Below are positions 49,501-60,700 of a stretch of DNA of 64,000 bases, piece after piece. The first letter of the stretch is position 1; every line of letters starts with the position of its first letter. The DNA is taken from IMG/VR virus record IMGVR_UViG_3300028840_008160, positions 62,001-126,000 of that record; one strand, written 5' to 3'. The position numbers and the translations under genes were made by a program. A model generated the notes under the pieces. That model saw nothing but the letters and a program-made list of their open reading frames with translations, had not been told where the DNA came from and searched no databases.

Positions 49501-52227
49501 TCATATCTAGAAACATTAGAAATATTGAGTGATGATCCAGTAAATCCTGAAGTTGATTTACCATTGCTTGGTAATGGCGTAAAGAAGCCAATTATTGAAG
49601 TGGCCGATAAGTTATTATTTGATAAGACTAATGTGCGCGAAACAAGTCAAAAACAACTTACCATATTAAATGTCGGAACTGATCCTTTACAGTTAACAAA
49701 TGTAGCTGTTATAGATAATTTGCGAGAATATGAAGTTACGTTTACGCCAACTACAATTGCTGCCGGGTCTCAGAAACAATACACTGTTAATTTTAATCCA
49801 AAGAATCAAAGTAAAGCTGCAAAAGGTACAATTGTAGTTGAAAGTAATGACATTACTAGTCCGTCAGTTGAAGTTTTACTTAAAGGCGAAGCTATTCAGC
49901 CTGAAGGTGAATGGCAATCGTTTCAATTGCAAGACATGGTTCCTGATGCAATAATTACATTAGCTAATGGTGTAAGCGACGTAATTGGTCCGCTTAAAAT
50001 AATTCTTGGATTGATTAAGACAATATTAGATTTAGTGAAAATATTATTGATCGATACTAGTAGTGCGTTAAAACCATTATTGCAAGCATTACAAAGAGCA
50101 ATAGAAGATTATATTGCGAATCTCGGTGCTACAGGATTATATTTGTTGCCGATTTATCCGAGTTCAAAGTATCACGATCCGAATATTGAAGCTAAAACAA
50201 AATTTGGTAAGTATCTTGCCAGTATAGGTGGAGGATCTGAGCAATTTAAGAAAAGAATTATTGATTCGTTTGACGATATTTACGATAGTAAACGGCCACA
50301 ATTTACAGACAGTGCATCTGTTGGTGCTGTAGTTTTAGCTATTGATTCTGGCAACGTGACTGATGTGATTAAAGGTATAATGTCTTTAAGAAATATTTTC
50401 ACATCAATTCCATTTGATCCAGAAATAGAAGCACCAAAAGATGTCAGTGCTGCGTCTTCTAATAGGACAGTTACATTACGATGGTCTTTACCTGAAGTTG
50501 TGTCGTTTAATATTTCGAATAGACGAACTGATACTAAGATACTAAATTTTGTTAGCGGATTTGATGTATATAGATCAGAAACACAAGGCCAAATGGTTGT
50601 TGCTGTACAAGATTATTATGATGAGAACAAACAAAAAATTTCATCAAAAGGCGAAGTAATTAATAACATTACAAAAACTCCAGTTAGTAAAATAGGCGAA
50701 GTTAATGCTAGTTCTTTTGATTGGCAGGCTGAAAATTTTGCTGTTGGATGGAAAAGCTCTGGAAGCAAAACTATTAATGATATGGGTTATTATTATGAAG
50801 ATACTGGATTGACTAATGGTAAAAATTATTATTACGCTGTTCGTACAAAGATGGGTACAAGTGCAAATGATCCTGCTAGTCAATTGTCGACTGAAGTAAT
50901 TGGATCGCCAATAGCAACTGTTGAATTACCAAAAAATGAACAATTTTTGTTAAAGTGTAGCAATTTTACTTGTATTAAAAAACGGTCAATTACAAGAGAT
51001 GTTATTGTTTTATCAAAACCAATTGTAAAGATAATAGATTCAATTGGAGTAGTTCAACAAAGTGGAAATAGGACTGAACCAGATAAAATTGACACAAATG
51101 CTAATGCTAAACAGGTAAATAATTTTTCAATTGTCATCAAAACACCAAAAGTTGATTTTTCAAATGTTATAATTAGAAATGTATCAGAAACTGAACGACG
51201 ACTTAAAGCAGATGACGCTACTAAAGGAATTAATACAAAACAGTTTCTTGATGGAACGACATTTGGTATTTGGGACACAAATACAAGCAATGAATTGTCA
51301 AATCCTGAAAGTGCGTCATCAGTATATTTTAATATGCTTGATCAAACTAAACTGGTATTAGGTTGGGATTTATTAATGGGTCGTGATGAATCAAAAACTG
51401 ACATCACGATATCAGATATTTCCAATATTGGTTATAAACAAGGTGACACAGTTGTTATTGAATATTATGAACAAACATATGAAGCAAAATGTAAAATAGA
51501 ATCTAGAAATAAACGAACATTTGACATAGTCAAGTGTTCGACAACTAGACGAACTGATTGTGATGATTATACGAATAAACGTTGTCAGTTTTATGGTGGA
51601 TCAGCCTGTTTGAGTTTAGGATACACTCAAATATCTAATGGTAGATGTGTTCCTAATACTACATTATTCAATCCAGATACATGCCAAGACGGATCTCAAG
51701 GGGGCGATGTTAGAGGCGTCGACAAACCATTTAGAAATACGCCGTCATATTGTATTGAAACAACTGGATCTTGTGCAGGATATACAGCGCAAGATGAAGA
51801 TTCTATTGGCATGTTTCCTAATTGGTATAGTTTGTCATTACAGGGACTAATTAAACCGATTGAGACTTTTTTGACTAGTTTACAAGGTTGGGTGAATCGT
51901 GAATTAGAAGCAATACAAAAGGGTGCGGAAACAACTCAACAATTTATCGAGTTATTGAGTAAGAAAATTGAAGCATTGGAAGAATTTATAGATACGTTAC
52001 AACAAATAATCGATATTTTTACATCTATCTTTAGCTCAAATGTTGGTTTTTACATTCTTATGATTGAACCTGAAGATGGTGGTATTCAAAGAATTAAAAG
52101 TATTGTTCAAAGTGCCGAACATGGTCCAGATTCTGGACAAAGTGGATACACTGCAGGTGTAGTATTGCTAGCCGGTGGCAATGAACTCGACATATTATGG
52201 GACTTTCTAAAGGTGCTATTTGATTAG
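46552..52227 (+). CDS. Giant virion protein with about 10 ASH/choice-of-anchor-D Ig repeats, FN3 and Cys-rich region, 1891 aa
   Basis: Repeated P.I......DFG.V.......I.N.G...L......F.P......I.SND.....V.L.G.G units; FN3 (APKDVSA...W...GFDVYRS...YYYAVR); 11 Cys between 50956 and 51774. Confidence 0.72.
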   Translation: MIALSSDSIDYGSLSRGDSDTKRVTIYNLDATSVDITSIVSSSPDFDPAPTLFSIDGYGSLDISIKYTASILATATGVITISNSAGPDEIIDVVGVPLEPTVNLSTAILSFDDVAVNDIKTLTREISNDATNGSVLKIVVTSTDSNFVVSDSTLEIESGESADITISFKPTSTGSKGGTINIVANDVTGAYDFDVEGDALIPTYTIAPALLDFTSIPINDTKSLTFELTNTHATVNLIVSSINITDSQFQVDTSSITILPTESHEFTVSFTPDSPAAIANQLEIVTNAGSIFLDYEGTGLVVPLMRISPIDIDFDKYSLSVDQTIELTITSAGVVDIEIANLVFPTVADTTFSTTASFPLVIPHGTNEKIDIIVNSIDEVNYSDVITINSDAFDNPHDVSVSGDAQSPQISVNVNELDFGTIPVDQERRLSFNITNSKDVDLNVVITEAPHFTVQQTNVIVHGNSQHTIVVTFLLEAPGEVEEILIISSNDIATPVIDLTMKGTANLDHFFRVIPDEVVQNYIDKDIPQEYELTVINRSLYPAAIDDMIVTVLPGVTVPHEIIATGLPTVLEPGDVLLLMLSTLATDIGEIAGVIKLNTRVGDTLQFNTSITVDYSGEVFSPTMEISKSSISYGDVAVGLTDYDSITIYNTSTGADLSVTLTSDNSNVFHFKGTAQINLVVAQSDGRYTVNTGRNNLVRQSVSVVDDLTGDALILGDPSNLGEFSVNSDTGVIRFNAVSNGKSYKINYEYKLSTITLLVGKKLNTTVQIGFSPEVVGPISGLITLTTNDKLNPSVSINVDGNGLDAIASLSIVNDIIKYEEKVGKLIGQTFVLKNTGTVRLYVNSIDIVEPFTVEIDTFWIDPNEEYELPVYFTGEDDVEVNQNIVFHSNAPDLIVPVVGQGQYPEMSLPADVDFGDVGLNIESEQILTITNNGDADLDVTLSLEANTPTSSPSMFTVSPTITTVLAHSTYDITIKFTPTEEISYLETLEILSDDPVNPEVDLPLLGNGVKKPIIEVADKLLFDKTNVRETSQKQLTILNVGTDPLQLTNVAVIDNLREYEVTFTPTTIAAGSQKQYTVNFNPKNQSKAAKGTIVVESNDITSPSVEVLLKGEAIQPEGEWQSFQLQDMVPDAIITLANGVSDVIGPLKIILGLIKTILDLVKILLIDTSSALKPLLQALQRAIEDYIANLGATGLYLLPIYPSSKYHDPNIEAKTKFGKYLASIGGGSEQFKKRIIDSFDDIYDSKRPQFTDSASVGAVVLAIDSGNVTDVIKGIMSLRNIFTSIPFDPEIEAPKDVSAASSNRTVTLRWSLPEVVSFNISNRRTDTKILNFVSGFDVYRSETQGQMVVAVQDYYDENKQKISSKGEVINNITKTPVSKIGEVNASSFDWQAENFAVGWKSSGSKTINDMGYYYEDTGLTNGKNYYYAVRTKMGTSANDPASQLSTEVIGSPIATVELPKNEQFLLKCSNFTCIKKRSITRDVIVLSKPIVKIIDSIGVVQQSGNRTEPDKIDTNANAKQVNNFSIVIKTPKVDFSNVIIRNVSETERRLKADDATKGINTKQFLDGTTFGIWDTNTSNELSNPESASSVYFNMLDQTKLVLGWDLLMGRDESKTDITISDISNIGYKQGDTVVIEYYEQTYEAKCKIESRNKRTFDIVKCSTTRRTDCDDYTNKRCQFYGGSACLSLGYTQISNGRCVPNTTLFNPDTCQDGSQGGDVRGVDKPFRNTPSYCIETTGSCAGYTAQDEDSIGMFPNWYSLSLQGLIKPIETFLTSLQGWVNRELEAIQKGAETTQQFIELLSKKIEALEEFIDTLQQIIDIFTSIFSSNVGFYILMIEPEDGGIQRIKSIVQSAEHGPDSGQSGYTAGVVLLAGGNELDILWDFLKVLFD

Positions 52228-52290
52228 CAGTGCAGAAAAAGTGTAGTAATAAAATCTTTATTCGAGCGCAATATCAGTGGAGGATAGATA

Positions 52291-52755
52291 ATGTCATTTG
52301 ATTTTTTGGGCATTTTTACAAAACAAGACTTAGAGAGCTTGCGATCATGTTTACAAGGCGAAGTTGATAAGATTGATGCTCAAGTGAATCATATGATCAT
52401 GGAAGCTAATAAGCTTCAAAAAACGCTAAACGCACTTATACAGTATTCTAATACTAAAGGTATTAAATTTAAGACGTTTGAAAAAACTTTTTATAGACAA
52501 ACTAGGTCGCAATATGATGACACAAATTCAGCGATATTAGTTCAAAGAATAAAAGAACCATTTTATGCTAATTTGAAAGATAGAGAAAAATATGAATATA
52601 GAATGAGGAAATTGATCGATAAAATAGAACAAATGCATGAGAGGATTCATATTTTGAGAATTATGAAGTCAGAATTTAGATTGAACATTGAGAGTACAAA
52701 TGCACTGTTTAATTCTTTGAACCCTCAATTGACAGTTGAGTCAGAGGTTATATAA
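52291..52755 (+). CDS. Coiled-coil hypothetical protein
   Basis: GGAGG RBS; 154 aa, helical. Confidence 0.6.
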   Translation: MSFDFLGIFTKQDLESLRSCLQGEVDKIDAQVNHMIMEANKLQKTLNALIQYSNTKGIKFKTFEKTFYRQTRSQYDDTNSAILVQRIKEPFYANLKDREKYEYRMRKLIDKIEQMHERIHILRIMKSEFRLNIESTNALFNSLNPQLTVESEVI

Positions 52756-54257
52756 TGTCATTTGAAACTAAACTGCTCAAATATTGTGATCACCGAATGA
52801 TAGAGGAAGATCATGTTGTCGACGTTGATGGTAGAACAGTCTATTTAGATCTTGCTGTTGCTAGCTTTGATAATATCAATACTAGAATTAATGGTATTTC
52901 AGTAGATAGAAATAATAAAATTGAAATATTGTATGAAGAAGATGTAACATCGCAAATAACAGGATTAAATTCTATATTTGTTGTATCAAAAATACCAATA
53001 TATGACGGTTCAAATCGGCGCAGGCCGGCTTCTAGATTGGTAGACGTTATAGTTCAAATTTCTGTTTTTGACGAAGATGCTTCTGCTCAGTTTACTGGAA
53101 CAGATGTTTTATTAGTGACGCAACATAGACCATTAATGTCAGCGTTTAACATTAATGCAATACAATTGACAGATAAAGATGTTGAAGTAAAAGTAGATGA
53201 TGGTTCAGGTCCTGTTGTAGTTGAGATTGAATCAATTGAACCTGTGTTTGGTAAAATTGTTTTAAAAAATCCTCCAGGACCAACTGACACTGTAACTGTG
53301 TCATATCATTATCGAGCTCATGTTGATGCTTTAAATGCTGATTCAGGTTCTATCACTATTCGTGAGGTGCCAGAAATTGGTCAAGAAATATTTATTTCTT
53401 ATTATTATTTAGAAAAAGATGGTTGGCATGTTGAATACAATAATGAAACGTTAAGCAGTATGATTATTTTTGATAGAATTAAGCAGACAAACATAACGTT
53501 AGTGCAAGATGAAGATGTGTCGGATCAATTTATGGGTATAGAAGATTCGTTTTATACTGAACATAAACCAATGATACCACCACGAGCTAAATTAAAAGCT
53601 GAACCAATTGAAACATTGGTAACGCAAATTGCCGTGTTAGTCAATGGTAATAGAGTGACACCGTTGAATTTTAATGCTGAGAAAGGATATGTGTGGTTAG
53701 GTTTTAAACCGGCTGCAACTGATGTTGTAACTATATCGTATCATTATAGAAGTGATAGACCGTCTGATATTATTTCAGTAGATTATCAAGTAAACATTAC
53801 TAAATGTAGAAAGTGTAAACGCACGGGTCAATTGAATGATTTTAGTTATGAAACCGGTGAATTAGTTACGGTTGTTAGAGAAGAAAAAATGTTGCAAGAT
53901 TTGTTAAAACTTGTGACAGCTATTAGAGGATCTAATACAGCTCATGCATGGTATGGCACATCATTAATTTCATTTATTGGTACAGCTAGATTGCCTGAAT
54001 ATTATCAGATTAAGTTTAGAGGCGAAATAATTGATGCTGGTGAACGAATGAAAGATTTGCAGCAGCAACAAACGCAGTATCAGACCGTAGATGATGAAGA
54101 ATTTTTTAGTTTTCTTGATAATATTTTAGTTGAACAAAGCGATTTGGATCCTAATTTTTATGAGATAGAAGCTGTAGTTGTTTCACAAGCAGCAACAGCT
54201 ATTACTTTAAACACATCATTGAAGTTTAATCAGCCGCTATTGGGCTCTTCATTATAA
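52755..54257 (+). CDS. Baseplate wedge/sheath initiator (gp25/GpW-like) with inserted surface domains
   Basis: C-terminal G.L.TV..EEK..QD..K......GSN..H.WYGT.L..FIG gp25-type domain directly before gpJ. Confidence 0.75.
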   Translation: MSFETKLLKYCDHRMIEEDHVVDVDGRTVYLDLAVASFDNINTRINGISVDRNNKIEILYEEDVTSQITGLNSIFVVSKIPIYDGSNRRRPASRLVDVIVQISVFDEDASAQFTGTDVLLVTQHRPLMSAFNINAIQLTDKDVEVKVDDGSGPVVVEIESIEPVFGKIVLKNPPGPTDTVTVSYHYRAHVDALNADSGSITIREVPEIGQEIFISYYYLEKDGWHVEYNNETLSSMIIFDRIKQTNITLVQDEDVSDQFMGIEDSFYTEHKPMIPPRAKLKAEPIETLVTQIAVLVNGNRVTPLNFNAEKGYVWLGFKPAATDVVTISYHYRSDRPSDIISVDYQVNITKCRKCKRTGQLNDFSYETGELVTVVREEKMLQDLLKLVTAIRGSNTAHAWYGTSLISFIGTARLPEYYQIKFRGEIIDAGERMKDLQQQQTQYQTVDDEEFFSFLDNILVEQSDLDPNFYEIEAVVVSQAATAITLNTSLKFNQPLLGSSL

Positions 54258-54270
54258 TGGAGTACAAAAT

Positions 54271-57200
54271 ATGGCGATACCGTCACAACCAACTGGACTA
54301 ACGACAGAAGCTGCTGGAAATAAAATTACGATTCGTTGGATTAAGAATCCTGAACCCGATATTCAAGGGTATAATGTTTATAATTCAACGACATCAGGTG
54401 GCGGGCTGAGTGGTTATGTAAAGTTGAATAACGAGCTTGTTACTGATTATCGATCAATTGAAGAAATTTTGACAAATAGAGTTGAGACAGTAGAAATTAT
54501 TGGCGGTGAGAAGATTACAACAATTCGTGAAGATATTGAAGAAGTATACATGTTTGCATATGATCATGAAGAATTATTAGATAATCAAATACAATATTAT
54601 GTTATCACAGCTGTCAATAATGCTGATGAAGAAAGTTTATATTCAATAGAAATACATGATACGCCGTTAATTTTGTCGACAAAGTTAATTGAATTTCCGA
54701 TAAGGACCACTAGTGATGTTACTAGAACAATGATCAATAGAATTCTGGATAGACATCCAGACATTGATGTTAAGCCAGGGACAATGACTCGAGATCTTCA
54801 TATAGATCCACATGCAGCAGAGTTTTCTCATCTTTACATATATATCGATTTTTTATCAAGATCTCAGTCTTTTATCACATTACTAGATATTGATGATCCA
54901 AACAATACTGGGACATCAATTGATGTTGAAGATTCAGATTATAAGCAGGCATTAAAGGCAGCACTGCAATTTACAGATGATCAAGATTTACAAGATGTGA
55001 TTGATATTGCATTTGATAAGCTTGCTAATAACTTTAATACTTTTAGAATAGATGCAACATCATCAATTGGTCAGGCTGTGTTTTATACTACAATTGAGCC
55101 TTTAAACACTATTGTTATTCCTAAAGGAACAATAGTATCAACAACACCGACATCGACAAAAAATGCCATAAATTTTGAAACTACTGCAGAAGCAAAAATG
55201 CTAATTGCTTCAATTGATGATTATTTTAATGAATCAACACATCGTTATGAGGTAACTGTTGATATTAAGTCGATCGAAACTGGCGAAGTAACAAATGTTA
55301 ATGTTGGTACGATTGTTAATTCTACATTTTCTCAGTTACGCGTTACAAATATTAAGCCGACTGAAAATGGATTTGATCGTGAAAGCAATACTAATTTGGC
55401 CCATAGAGCAATGTTGGCTTTTACTAGTTTAGACGTAGGAACTAGAGATGGATATTTAAGAACTGCGATTGAAACACAATATGTGCAAGATGTTTTGGTA
55501 GTTGATGCAGGTCATGAATTAATGCAACGAGACTTTGATGATTTAAGAGAAGAACATCTTTATGGAAAAGTCGACATATATTTCAAAGGAGATGTGACAG
55601 TATCATATTCAGAAACTTTTGGATTTTTGTATAATGGTGGCATCAATGAAGATGTTCAAATTGATAGTATTACTGATATGAGGATCACTGTATTAAATCC
55701 AGAAGTATCTATTGATTTTCCAGTATATTTAGTACAGCAAGTGACAAATGTAACTCGCGCAGAGGCTTATGATTTAACTGGCAATTATACATTGTATAAA
55801 AATGCAGTTGAATTACAAAAGACGGCATATACTTTGGATCTGACGACGGGTGAAATTGAATTACAAGATCCTCTGTTTCTTGGTGATAGTTTGACGGCAG
55901 ATTATCAATACAAAGTGCCTATCACAGGTGAAGTCGTATTGGCTTCTGCTGCTGGTGGTGAAATACAAGTAACATTAGATGCACCATTAACATTAGGAAA
56001 ACCAGTTGCTATTTTCTCTGACAAAATTTATTTAATTCGAATTAGTGCTTTTTCAATCGATCCTGGCACAGATACATTAACGATTTTGCCAGAACATGTG
56101 TATAAAACTGGTGATGTTGTACGCATTTCTAGTACAGATTCAATGCCATCACCATTATTAGTAGATACTGACTATTATGTAATTAGATTATCTAATACAC
56201 AAATTAAATTAGCAACAACACTGGCAAAGGCTGAAGCCGGAACTGCTATTGATATATTAACATCTGGTGTTGGGTCTTTGACGATTATACCTGAGCCGCA
56301 TATTGAATTAGCAAGAAATGTTGATTATACAATAGATTTAACAACAGGGCAAGTGAATTTCTCATTTTCGTCATTTCCCACAGGTTTGCGTTCAGGTGAT
56401 TCTATTGTAGCTGATTATGATTATGTCGAGACGATTACTGGCGAAATTGTAATTAATAGTGCTTCTGGTGGTGAAACATCTGCTTTATTAGCAAATGGAA
56501 ATATAGTAGAAGCATTTGTTATTGAACCAAATGGTGTGACAATCAATCTTAATGAAGCAAATGCAATTAATTCAGCAATTGGTATGTTAATAACCGATAC
56601 AATACGAGCTACTTATAAATATAGAAAAGCTAGTAATGTGATATTGACAAATCAACCTATTGAATCAATTGTATCTGTGACTACATCAGATGGCACTGCA
56701 TTGGTTGAAGGTACGCATTATCAATTTAACAAAGTCGATGATTTATTACTAAATGGCAATTCAGTGAGAGCGCAACGAAGTATTAAGATGTTGTATGATA
56801 GTGATACTGGTTTACCAGAAGGTAATATTTTAGAAAATGAAGATTCAATTAGTTTAGTCGCATTAGAATATGAACCGTTAACAAAAAAGGGTATTGACGC
56901 AGATACTATTGTTGTAACTAATTTAACTGGAACTATAACTTATGCACTAAATGCTGATTATGTGTTAGAAGTGCCAACTAGTCCGCTTGAAGTTGTGCAA
57001 ATTGCAAGATCAATTGGTTCAACAATAGCTAACGGCGAGACTGTGTTAGTATCATATTGGTATGGAGAGCCTTTAACTGTTGTATACAATGTAAATTCAC
57101 TGATTGCAATTATTCAATCGAAAGTTAATGAAAAGAGACATTTGACGGCTGATGTGTTAGTAAAAGAAGCTAATAGAATAAATGTTGATTTAGAATTTAC

Positions 57201-57780
57201 AGTTAAATTAAGATCGGGAGCAAATGGTCCAGAAGTAAAAGATCAAGTATCGACAGTCTTATATGCTTTGTTTAATTCAAAGAAGTTAGGAAGTCGCGTA
57301 AGTCAAAGTGATGTTATTAGAGAAATAGATGATAATAGTGGTGTTGATTTTGTTATTTTACCATTAACAAAGATGGCAATAGCTGATGGCACTCATATTG
57401 CTTATGAAGCAATTGATTCCAGTACGCCATGGTATGTTCATCAAACTGATGTTGTAACATCATATAGAACTGACTCAAATACATTACGATATAAAACAGC
57501 CGGCAGTACAAGTGATGATTCAGTATTTTGGCGGGTTAGTGAAGATGATATGGAATTGGAATTAGTTGATACTATTGCTGATGTGGCTGGCGGAGCTGGT
57601 AGAGCACTTATTGATAGTGATGGTTCATTGTATGTATCTACTAGACATAACGATGATCCATCAGGGCATTCAATAACTGTAGCATACAATGTTTCTGGGG
57701 AAACTGGAGCAAATGATATTGTTGTAACAGATTTAGATTATTTTAATCTAGAGTCATTAATCATTCATACAATTTTATAA
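54271..57780 (+). CDS. Baseplate wedge protein (P2 gpJ / T4 gp6-like) with N-terminal FN3 and inserted domains
   Basis: D.KPGT..RD, LANNF..FR..AT.S.G...F, IPKGTIVST, FET, G...N, N......G.D.ES...L..R, GT.DGY, GKVDIY. Confidence 0.88.
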   Translation: MAIPSQPTGLTTEAAGNKITIRWIKNPEPDIQGYNVYNSTTSGGGLSGYVKLNNELVTDYRSIEEILTNRVETVEIIGGEKITTIREDIEEVYMFAYDHEELLDNQIQYYVITAVNNADEESLYSIEIHDTPLILSTKLIEFPIRTTSDVTRTMINRILDRHPDIDVKPGTMTRDLHIDPHAAEFSHLYIYIDFLSRSQSFITLLDIDDPNNTGTSIDVEDSDYKQALKAALQFTDDQDLQDVIDIAFDKLANNFNTFRIDATSSIGQAVFYTTIEPLNTIVIPKGTIVSTTPTSTKNAINFETTAEAKMLIASIDDYFNESTHRYEVTVDIKSIETGEVTNVNVGTIVNSTFSQLRVTNIKPTENGFDRESNTNLAHRAMLAFTSLDVGTRDGYLRTAIETQYVQDVLVVDAGHELMQRDFDDLREEHLYGKVDIYFKGDVTVSYSETFGFLYNGGINEDVQIDSITDMRITVLNPEVSIDFPVYLVQQVTNVTRAEAYDLTGNYTLYKNAVELQKTAYTLDLTTGEIELQDPLFLGDSLTADYQYKVPITGEVVLASAAGGEIQVTLDAPLTLGKPVAIFSDKIYLIRISAFSIDPGTDTLTILPEHVYKTGDVVRISSTDSMPSPLLVDTDYYVIRLSNTQIKLATTLAKAEAGTAIDILTSGVGSLTIIPEPHIELARNVDYTIDLTTGQVNFSFSSFPTGLRSGDSIVADYDYVETITGEIVINSASGGETSALLANGNIVEAFVIEPNGVTINLNEANAINSAIGMLITDTIRATYKYRKASNVILTNQPIESIVSVTTSDGTALVEGTHYQFNKVDDLLLNGNSVRAQRSIKMLYDSDTGLPEGNILENEDSISLVALEYEPLTKKGIDADTIVVTNLTGTITYALNADYVLEVPTSPLEVVQIARSIGSTIANGETVLVSYWYGEPLTVVYNVNSLIAIIQSKVNEKRHLTADVLVKEANRINVDLEFTVKLRSGANGPEVKDQVSTVLYALFNSKKLGSRVSQSDVIREIDDNSGVDFVILPLTKMAIADGTHIAYEAIDSSTPWYVHQTDVVTSYRTDSNTLRYKTAGSTSDDSVFWRVSEDDMELELVDTIADVAGGAGRALIDSDGSLYVSTRHNDDPSGHSITVAYNVSGETGANDIVVTDLDYFNLESLIIHTIL

Positions 57781-57795
57781 TGGGGATAATGAATC

Positions 57796-60700
57796 GTGTC
57801 ATTGCCACCGATTACTCAAAGTAACATATCGACACAGTGGTCGACAAATTTCTTCACTGTCATTCTTACGACTAATGAACCGTGTGATACATATTATACT
57901 GTCGATGGTTCTAATCCAATCAGTTCGCCTACAAGAGTATTATATAATGAACCGTTTACAATTGATGAAGAAGGCATTCACACTGTACAATTTTATTCAA
58001 TAAGTCATGCTACAAGTCTTCAGAATTTAGTGCAAACGCATTATGTTCGAATTGATAATTCTCCACCAGTAACAACAATAACTGCTAGCATTAGTCCTGA
58101 TGGTACTAATGGTTGGTATGTAACATTACCAACAATAACATTGTCAGCTGCAGACAATGTATCTGGCATTGACAAAACTATGTATTCTTGGGATGGCGCG
58201 ACGTTTCAGGAGTATACCGGTGGTAATTTAATCATTCCCGATGAAGGAATTCATTATTTACAAGTATATTCTTTGGATTTAGCTAGCAATAAAGAAGAGG
58301 TTCAAACACGCGTTTTTAAATATGATATTTCGGCGCCAACGACGTCTATTAGAATCCCTTTAGAAGTTTCTTACAATCCAGTAACAATTGAATTTGTGCC
58401 GACTGATGGTGCATCTGGTTATGAAACTACTTATTATACTATTGATGGAACGACGCCGACTTTAGAATCAGATTCAGGACCGACATTTGACATTAGTGAA
58501 TCTGGATTGTACATTGTAAAATATTTTTCTGTTGACAATGCCGGAAATGTCGAGTCTATAAAAGAATCGGGTCAAGTAAGGGTTGAAATTGATCCTGAAA
58601 CGATACAAGTATTATTGACTGAAAGTTTTCCTATAAACGGGAAAAATGGATGGTATAGAGCATCGCCTCAGATTGGCATTTTAACAACTAAGCCTCATCT
58701 TGTTACATCACTAGAATATAAAGTTGCGCCAAAAGAAAAGCCAACGACTGCAACGTATACAAGCACAGTAGAGATTACTGGTGAAATTGATTTGTCTGAC
58801 GGCACGTTTATTGCATTAGAGCTTGATCAGTCTGGTCAACCATTAGTAATTAATATCCGAGGAACTGATAAAACAAAGACAACTATTGATGATATCATTG
58901 GTAAGATTAATGACACTATTGGTGGTGACACACCCATAGCTAAAGAGACTGGACCTGACGGTTTAGAAGGCACAGGTTATGTGACTGTGACTTCACCGAC
59001 AGCTGGAACTGGGTCGCAGACATCTGAAATCAAATTTGTTAGTCCGGGCACTTATGATGCTACTGGCGTGGTGTTTGGATTAGATGTTGATAATTATCCG
59101 CATACATTTACTGAAACTTATTTGTTTGAAGACTATTCAGCACCGTTTTTGTTGCCTGGTAATGGTTATTGGAATGTAGTAGCTAGAGCAACAACTGCTA
59201 CTGAAACTGCTGAAGTAACAAAAGATTATAGGGTCGATTCGACAGCTCCCGTGACAACTGTGAATGTTGTTCCTGACCCAAATCCTGAAGGATTTTATAC
59301 TACATCACCAGACATTACTTTTTCAACTGAAGATGAAGATTCAGGTATTGATAGAATCGTTTATCAATTTGATAATGGACCGGTATTCGAATATCACCCT
59401 GAAGACGGGCCGCTGCAATTACCACCAGAATCAAAAGAAATTCTTCTTAGATATTTCTCTGTTGATATTGCTGGCAATTCTGAGGCCCCTAAGATCACGA
59501 CATTTAATTATGATTTTATTGCACCAACAACTAAGTTTGATATTAACGCTGTCAATTTGGATTCTCAAAATATACTGGACATAATGTTCTGTCCAGCTCA
59601 AATCGTTAAATATAATCCGTATACAGATGAATATCAGTTTACGTTAACACCGCAACAACGTGAAAGTTTGTCATATTTTGCAGGGTGGACAAATGATCTA
59701 GATTCTAGATTATATGATGAGACTACGCCTGTAGCATTTAATGTTGATGTAAGTACTGATATTTTAACATTTATTCCGGCGTATACATTATTGACAGAAG
59801 ATGTTGTTCGTGTTGCAAGTACGGGTGTATTGCCGACACCATTACAGCCTGCAACAGACTACTATATTATTAGTGTAACTGATACTGAGTGTAAACTTGC
59901 AGCAACATTGTCAGATGCGCAAAACAGTATAGCTATCGATATCACTGATGAAGGTACAGGCATACATACATTAATACCAGATAAACCGACAATTGTAGTT
60001 TTTGATCCATTGAAAGTTTATTTATGGCCAATTGATGATCGAGAATATGTAATTGAAGATGAAACAGTTGCAACAAAAGATGAAGATATTCGTGAATTAA
60101 CTATTGAAAATGGATTTTTGAAACATGTCATTAGTATTTATAATCAAGCGACATTATCATTCATGTCGTATAGATACTTTTCAGATGACAAAATCTATAC
60201 TGTCGAGTCGTTTTCTAACACTGACACTATTATAGTGAGTTATGCATATACAAAAATTAAAGAAACGCATTATACAATTAATGGTTCAACACCAACTACT
60301 TTGTCGCCTGAAGGTCACATAATTCATTTGTTTGAGAGTGGTGAATATGATCTTAAGTGGTTTTCAATTGATGAAGCCGGAAACCAAGAATCAATTGTAA
60401 CATTTCCTGCAACAATAGTTATTATTAATCGCGCGCCAACAGTTGATGTATCAATTGTTAAGCATAATGATGTTGGCACACTATATAGTCCTAATGGCAC
60501 AAATAATTGGTATAAGCGTGACGAGATTGAACCGCTTTTACGACCCGTAATCAAAATAGAATATTCTAGTCCTAATGTATCAATATTTAATGAAAATTCT
60601 GATGTTGAAAATGTCACTGGCGCAGGGCCATATAATGTTGAATTGCGTGTTTTGAAAGTTGATGCAACTGTTGAAGAAGTGTCTGATGTAACTAGAGTTA

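Noticed and set aside
57778-57798. Readthrough fusion of the gpJ-like and gpI-like genes (same frame)
   Set aside because: Three stops intervene (TAA TGG GGA TAA TGA); independent initiation at GTG is simpler.
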